NCBI GenBank assembly: GCA_004556155.1
Contig: SFIM01000001.1
Span: forward strand, 62,949 to 126,948
Direction: 5' to 3'
Source of the DNA: Clostridiales bacterium
GTDB lineage: Bacteria; Bacillota; Clostridia; Christensenellales; Aristaeellaceae
Length of the DNA stretch: 64,000 nucleotides
The notes under the pieces are model-generated. The model saw only the letters and a program-made list of their open reading frames with translations, was not told where the DNA came from and ran no database searches. Below, piece by piece: positions 60,807 through 64,000 of the stretch (the stretch's first letter is position 1; each line of letters opens with the position of its first letter). The translations under genes were made by a program, and so were the position numbers.

Positions 60807-63800
60807 ATGAAAAAGAAACGACTGCTGTGGATCGTTGCGCTTGCCGCGATTGCGGTGATCGCCCTGGTGCTGGCGCTGACGCTGCCAGGCAAAAAGAGCG
60901 AGATTCAGGCCGGTAATTTGTTGATGAACGGCGATTTTTCCGCCGATATGGAGGACTGGTATACCGATGCGTACATCACCATGCCCGGATATACCGATTA
61001 CAGTGTGACCGACGGCGTGGCGACCATTACCAACCATGCCTTGAACGACGCGCGCTTTGTGCAGGAAGTTGCGGTGCAGCCCGACAGCCTGTACTGCCTG
61101 CGCGGCTATATTCGCGCTGACGCCAGCGATGGCCTGGGCGCCAACCTGTCCATCTCGGGCATCTACGTGTTTTCCGAGTGCGTGTATGATACCGAGGGCG
61201 AATGGCAGGAGGTGCGCCTGTATGGCCGCACAGGGGAAGGCCAGCGGAGCGTAACGATCTTTGCCCGCCTGGGCGGCTACAGCGGTGAGGCCATCGGCAC
61301 GGCTTCCTTCCGGGATATCACGCTGGAGCAGATAGCCAGTGTGCCAGACGGCTATATTGCTTCTAGCTGGACGCGCGCGACAGCCAATACTTCGACCGCA
61401 ACGGACGAGGAGACTTCCGCCCCTGCCTGGCCCTATCTGCTGGCCGTGGCGCTGGGCTATGCGCTGGTTTGCCTGCTGCTTCGCCGCGCAGCGCTGGGGG
61501 AGGGGATGCTGAAGCGCCCATCCCTCTGGATGCTGCTGCCCCTGCTGGCGGCGGCCTTTACAGCCCGCGTCCTTGTGGCCGTACTGGTGCCTGGCTATGG
61601 CGTGGATATTGGCTGCTTTAGCTCCTGGGCCAATACCATGGTAGAGGTAGGCCCGGCCAATTTCTATAACGCCGCGGGATTCTGTGATTATCCCCCCGGA
61701 TACCTGCTGGTGCTGGGGCTGTTTGGGCAGATCGGCAAGCTGCTGGGCACGGGCGTGACTACCTTGCTGGTCAAGATGCCCTCCATCCTGTGCGATATTG
61801 CGGCGGCGGCCGTGCTGTATACCTATGGCCGCAAGCGTGTTTCTGAGCGCGCCGCCTTCACGGTGGCTGCGCTGTATGCCTTGAATCTCCTTACCTTTAT
61901 TACCGGTGCTGCCTGGGGACAATCGGACAGCGTGATGGCGCTGTGCATCCTGCTGGTGGTGGTGCTGGCGATTGAGCGCAAGTGGGCCTGGGCGCTGCCA
62001 GTTTATATGCTGGCGGTGCTGATAAAGCCCCAGGCGCTGATGTTTGGCCCGCTGGGCCTGCTGGCGCTGATTGTGGAATGGATCCGCAATCGTGACCGCG
62101 TGCTGGTGCGGCAGACCTTGATTGGTCTGGCTGGCGCGGCGGTGGTTGCGCTGGCGGTGGTGGTCCCCTTCTCCGTCTATCAAACCGAGCCGGGCTGGCT
62201 GATCAGCCTGTATACCGGCACCATGTCCTACTATGCCAGCGCCACGGTGAACGCCTGCAACCTGTATTTCCTGTTCGGGCAAAACTGGGTGAGCGTGGAG
62301 GAAAGCGCGCCGGTGCTGATTCGCCTGCTGGGTATGGTGTGCCTGTGCGGCGGCGCGGCCTTTGCCGCCGTGCGCTTCCGCTGGGATCGCACGCATCGCG
62401 CCTATTTGGCCGTTACTGCGGCTCTGCTGTTGGCGGGGCTGATCTGCGCGTTCGGTCCCATGAGCTACGCGGCCTTTGGCTGGGCGGTCATTGCCCTGGC
62501 CGTGGTGCTGTGCGCGCTGATGTACCTGGCGGGGGGCAGTATTCGCCACCTGCCGCTGCTGGGCGCGCTGCTGCTGATGCTGCTGTGCAGCGTGGGTACC
62601 ATGATGCACGAGCGCTATCTTTTCCCGGCCGCTGTGCTGCTGGCGCTGGCCTGCCTGCTGGAACGCGACCGCCGTGTGTATATCCTGTTTGTACTGCTGA
62701 GCCTGAGCGTGTTCCTGAACGTGGGCGTTGTCTTGGATCGCGGCGTGCGCATCGGCGGCGCCAGCGGGCATCTGAGCGCGCCGCTGTTTGGCATTGTCAG
62801 CGATTCCGCCTGGCTGGAATACGCGGTATCGGCGCTGAACTGCACGCTGGCCTGCTGGGCGGGCTATGTGTGCGCGGCCGTATGCTGCCAGGGACAGAAC
62901 GTGCTGTTTGCGGCCCCTGCGCCTGAAAAGGCCGAGGATGTGCCGCAGACGGGCGTGCGGCCCAGCGCTGCCATGCGCCGTGTGCTGGAGCCTAAAACGC
63001 TTCCCAGGATGATTTGGCTGGATTACGCGCTGATGCTGGGTGTGACGGTGATTTACGCTGTTGTTGCCTTTACCAACCTGGGCGCGACCAAATCCCCGCA
63101 GACCTGCTGGCGATCCACATACGCCAACGATCAGCATGAGGACGTGGTGCTGGATCTGGGCGAATCCCGGCAGTTCAACATGCTGTACATGTCGGGCATC
63201 CACAGCGTGAACAGCGATTTCATCGTGCGCGTAAGCCAGGATGGTGAAACCTGGAGCGAGGCCAACTGGGCCGAGCTGGGCGGCGAATATGGCAACAACT
63301 GCTTCAAGTGGTATTATCTGTGCCAGTCCTACGATGGCGGCGGCAACCGCACCTACAGCACAACGCCACTGACGCTGACGGGCCGCTATGTGCGCATCGA
63401 GGCGCAGTATATCGGCACCACGATTTACGAGACCATCTTCCGCGATCCTGCTACGCAGGAGATTTTCCCCGTGACGTTGGTAAGCGGCAACGGCGAAGCG
63501 CTGATTGACGAGCAGGATACATTCACCGGCGAGCCTGGCTGGTATAACAGCACCTACTTTGATGAAATCTATCATGCCCGCACGGGGTATGAGCATTATC
63601 TGGCTATGCAGGGTGATTATACCTATCGCCCCTATGAAACCTCGCATCCGCCGCTGGGCAAGGTGCTGATCGCTTTCTCCATTTCGATCTTTGGCATGAC
63701 GCCCTTTGGCTGGCGCTTTGCCGGGGCGCTGGCGGGCGTATTGATGCTGCCGGGCATGTATCTGCTTGGCAAGCTCCTGACCAAGCGCCGCATGGGCGCG

Positions 63801-64000
63801 TTTGCCGCCATGTTCCTGATGGCGGTGGACTGTATGCATTTTACCCAGACGCGCATTGCGACCATCGACAGCTTTGTGGTGCTGTTTATCATCTGGTCGT
63901 ATGTGTTTATGGTGTACTATCTGCGCATGGATTACTGGCGTAAACCGCTGATTAAAACGCTGATTCCGCTGGCGCTGTCCGGCCTGTTTATGGGCCTGGC
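60807..64000 (+). CDS. giant multi-domain membrane glycosyltransferase (partial, >1064 codons): CBM-like jelly-roll, polytopic GT-C-like domain, discoidin (F5/8 type C)-like domain, PMT/GT39-type domain
   Basis: Absent from the ORF track (no stop in window). ATG 60807 after AAGGAG; I read the frame through to 64000 without a stop. N-terminal anchor; NLLMNGDF...FRDITLEQI (CBM4/9-like); >12 TM helices with GYGVDIGCFSSWANTM...CDYPPGY; GESRQFNMLYM...LTGRYVRIEAQ (discoidin-like); STYFDEIYHARTGYEHY...SHPPLGK (PMT loop-1 DE motif). Confidence 0.8.
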   Translation, partial: MKKKRLLWIVALAAIAVIALVLALTLPGKKSEIQAGNLLMNGDFSADMEDWYTDAYITMPGYTDYSVTDGVATITNHALNDARFVQEVAVQPDSLYCLRGYIRADASDGLGANLSISGIYVFSECVYDTEGEWQEVRLYGRTGEGQRSVTIFARLGGYSGEAIGTASFRDITLEQIASVPDGYIASSWTRATANTSTATDEETSAPAWPYLLAVALGYALVCLLLRRAALGEGMLKRPSLWMLLPLLAAAFTARVLVAVLVPGYGVDIGCFSSWANTMVEVGPANFYNAAGFCDYPPGYLLVLGLFGQIGKLLGTGVTTLLVKMPSILCDIAAAAVLYTYGRKRVSERAAFTVAALYALNLLTFITGAAWGQSDSVMALCILLVVVLAIERKWAWALPVYMLAVLIKPQALMFGPLGLLALIVEWIRNRDRVLVRQTLIGLAGAAVVALAVVVPFSVYQTEPGWLISLYTGTMSYYASATVNACNLYFLFGQNWVSVEESAPVLIRLLGMVCLCGGAAFAAVRFRWDRTHRAYLAVTAALLLAGLICAFGPMSYAAFGWAVIALAVVLCALMYLAGGSIRHLPLLGALLLMLLCSVGTMMHERYLFPAAVLLALACLLERDRRVYILFVLLSLSVFLNVGVVLDRGVRIGGASGHLSAPLFGIVSDSAWLEYAVSALNCTLACWAGYVCAAVCCQGQNVLFAAPAPEKAEDVPQTGVRPSAAMRRVLEPKTLPRMIWLDYALMLGVTVIYAVVAFTNLGATKSPQTCWRSTYANDQHEDVVLDLGESRQFNMLYMSGIHSVNSDFIVRVSQDGETWSEANWAELGGEYGNNCFKWYYLCQSYDGGGNRTYSTTPLTLTGRYVRIEAQYIGTTIYETIFRDPATQEIFPVTLVSGNGEALIDEQDTFTGEPGWYNSTYFDEIYHARTGYEHYLAMQGDYTYRPYETSHPPLGKVLIAFSISIFGMTPFGWRFAGALAGVLMLPGMYLLGKLLTKRRMGAFAAMFLMAVDCMHFTQTRIATIDSFVVLFIIWSYVFMVYYLRMDYWRKPLIKTLIPLALSGLFMGL

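Noticed and set aside
60786-63839. 1017-aa ORF on the minus strand, the longest entry in that part of the track
   Set aside because: It is antisense to the plus-strand glycosyltransferase frame, which has clear TM helices and domain motifs. The translation is an Arg/Gln/His/Gly-rich artefact. The real gene was omitted from the track only because it has no stop in the window.
1-64000. Looked for rRNA, tRNA, tmRNA/SRP/RNase P RNA, CRISPR arrays, transposases, integrases, phage structural genes, restriction-modification and known defence-system genes
   Set aside because: I recognised none in any intergenic region or translated frame. I can only scan by eye, so small or divergent ncRNAs could have been missed. 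tRNAscan-SE/Infernal and DefenseFinder/PADLOC would settle this.

Overview
High-GC (over 60% by eye) Firmicutes/Clostridia-type chromosomal segment. The taxon guess, an Oscillospiraceae-like gut anaerobe, is inference only. I count about 58 protein-coding genes and recognised no rRNA, tRNA, CRISPR array, transposase or integrase. Most of the window is core housekeeping: pnp(partial)-rpsO, yceD-rpmF, T-box::valS, rsmH-rsmI, panT-coaX, dacB, tmcAL, namZ, rpsB-tsf-pyrH, trkAH, pepT, ybaB-recR-tdk-rmuC, ddl, ackA, rnhA, plsY-der, rbgA-rnhB-yraN. Two real genes are missing from the supplied ORF track because they run off the window edges: pnp (1-976, minus) and a multi-domain membrane glycosyltransferase of more than 1060 codons (60807-64000, plus). 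Many long track ORFs are antisense artefacts of the high GC. Unusual pockets: (i) an AT-rich (about 40% GC) 1.4-kb islet (8343-9760) of three small cassettes, with one intergenic module repeated after each cassette (upstream of cassettes 2 and 3 and of panT), the last copy ending in the panT promoter; (ii) an xpaC-telA-lemA-TPM envelope-stress module behind paired TGGCGCGCCA palindromes; (iii) a CTTGCCGCAAG palindrome in tandem between the divergent ybaB and tetR promoters, and again in front of an operon of a hydrolase, a membrane-anchored MurF-like ligase and ddl; (iv) one decayed and one intact extracytoplasmic flavin reductase, the intact one behind a 19-bp-spacer MerR-type promoter; (v) an ~80-nt hairpin repeat at two loci with a compensatory base-pair change; (vi) an E2-like acyltransferase with His replaced by Glu in the catalytic motif, translationally coupled to an acyl-CoA synthetase. 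All similarity statements come from reading translations and motifs by eye; no searches or computations were run. Coordinates of non-coding features may be off by 1-2 nt.
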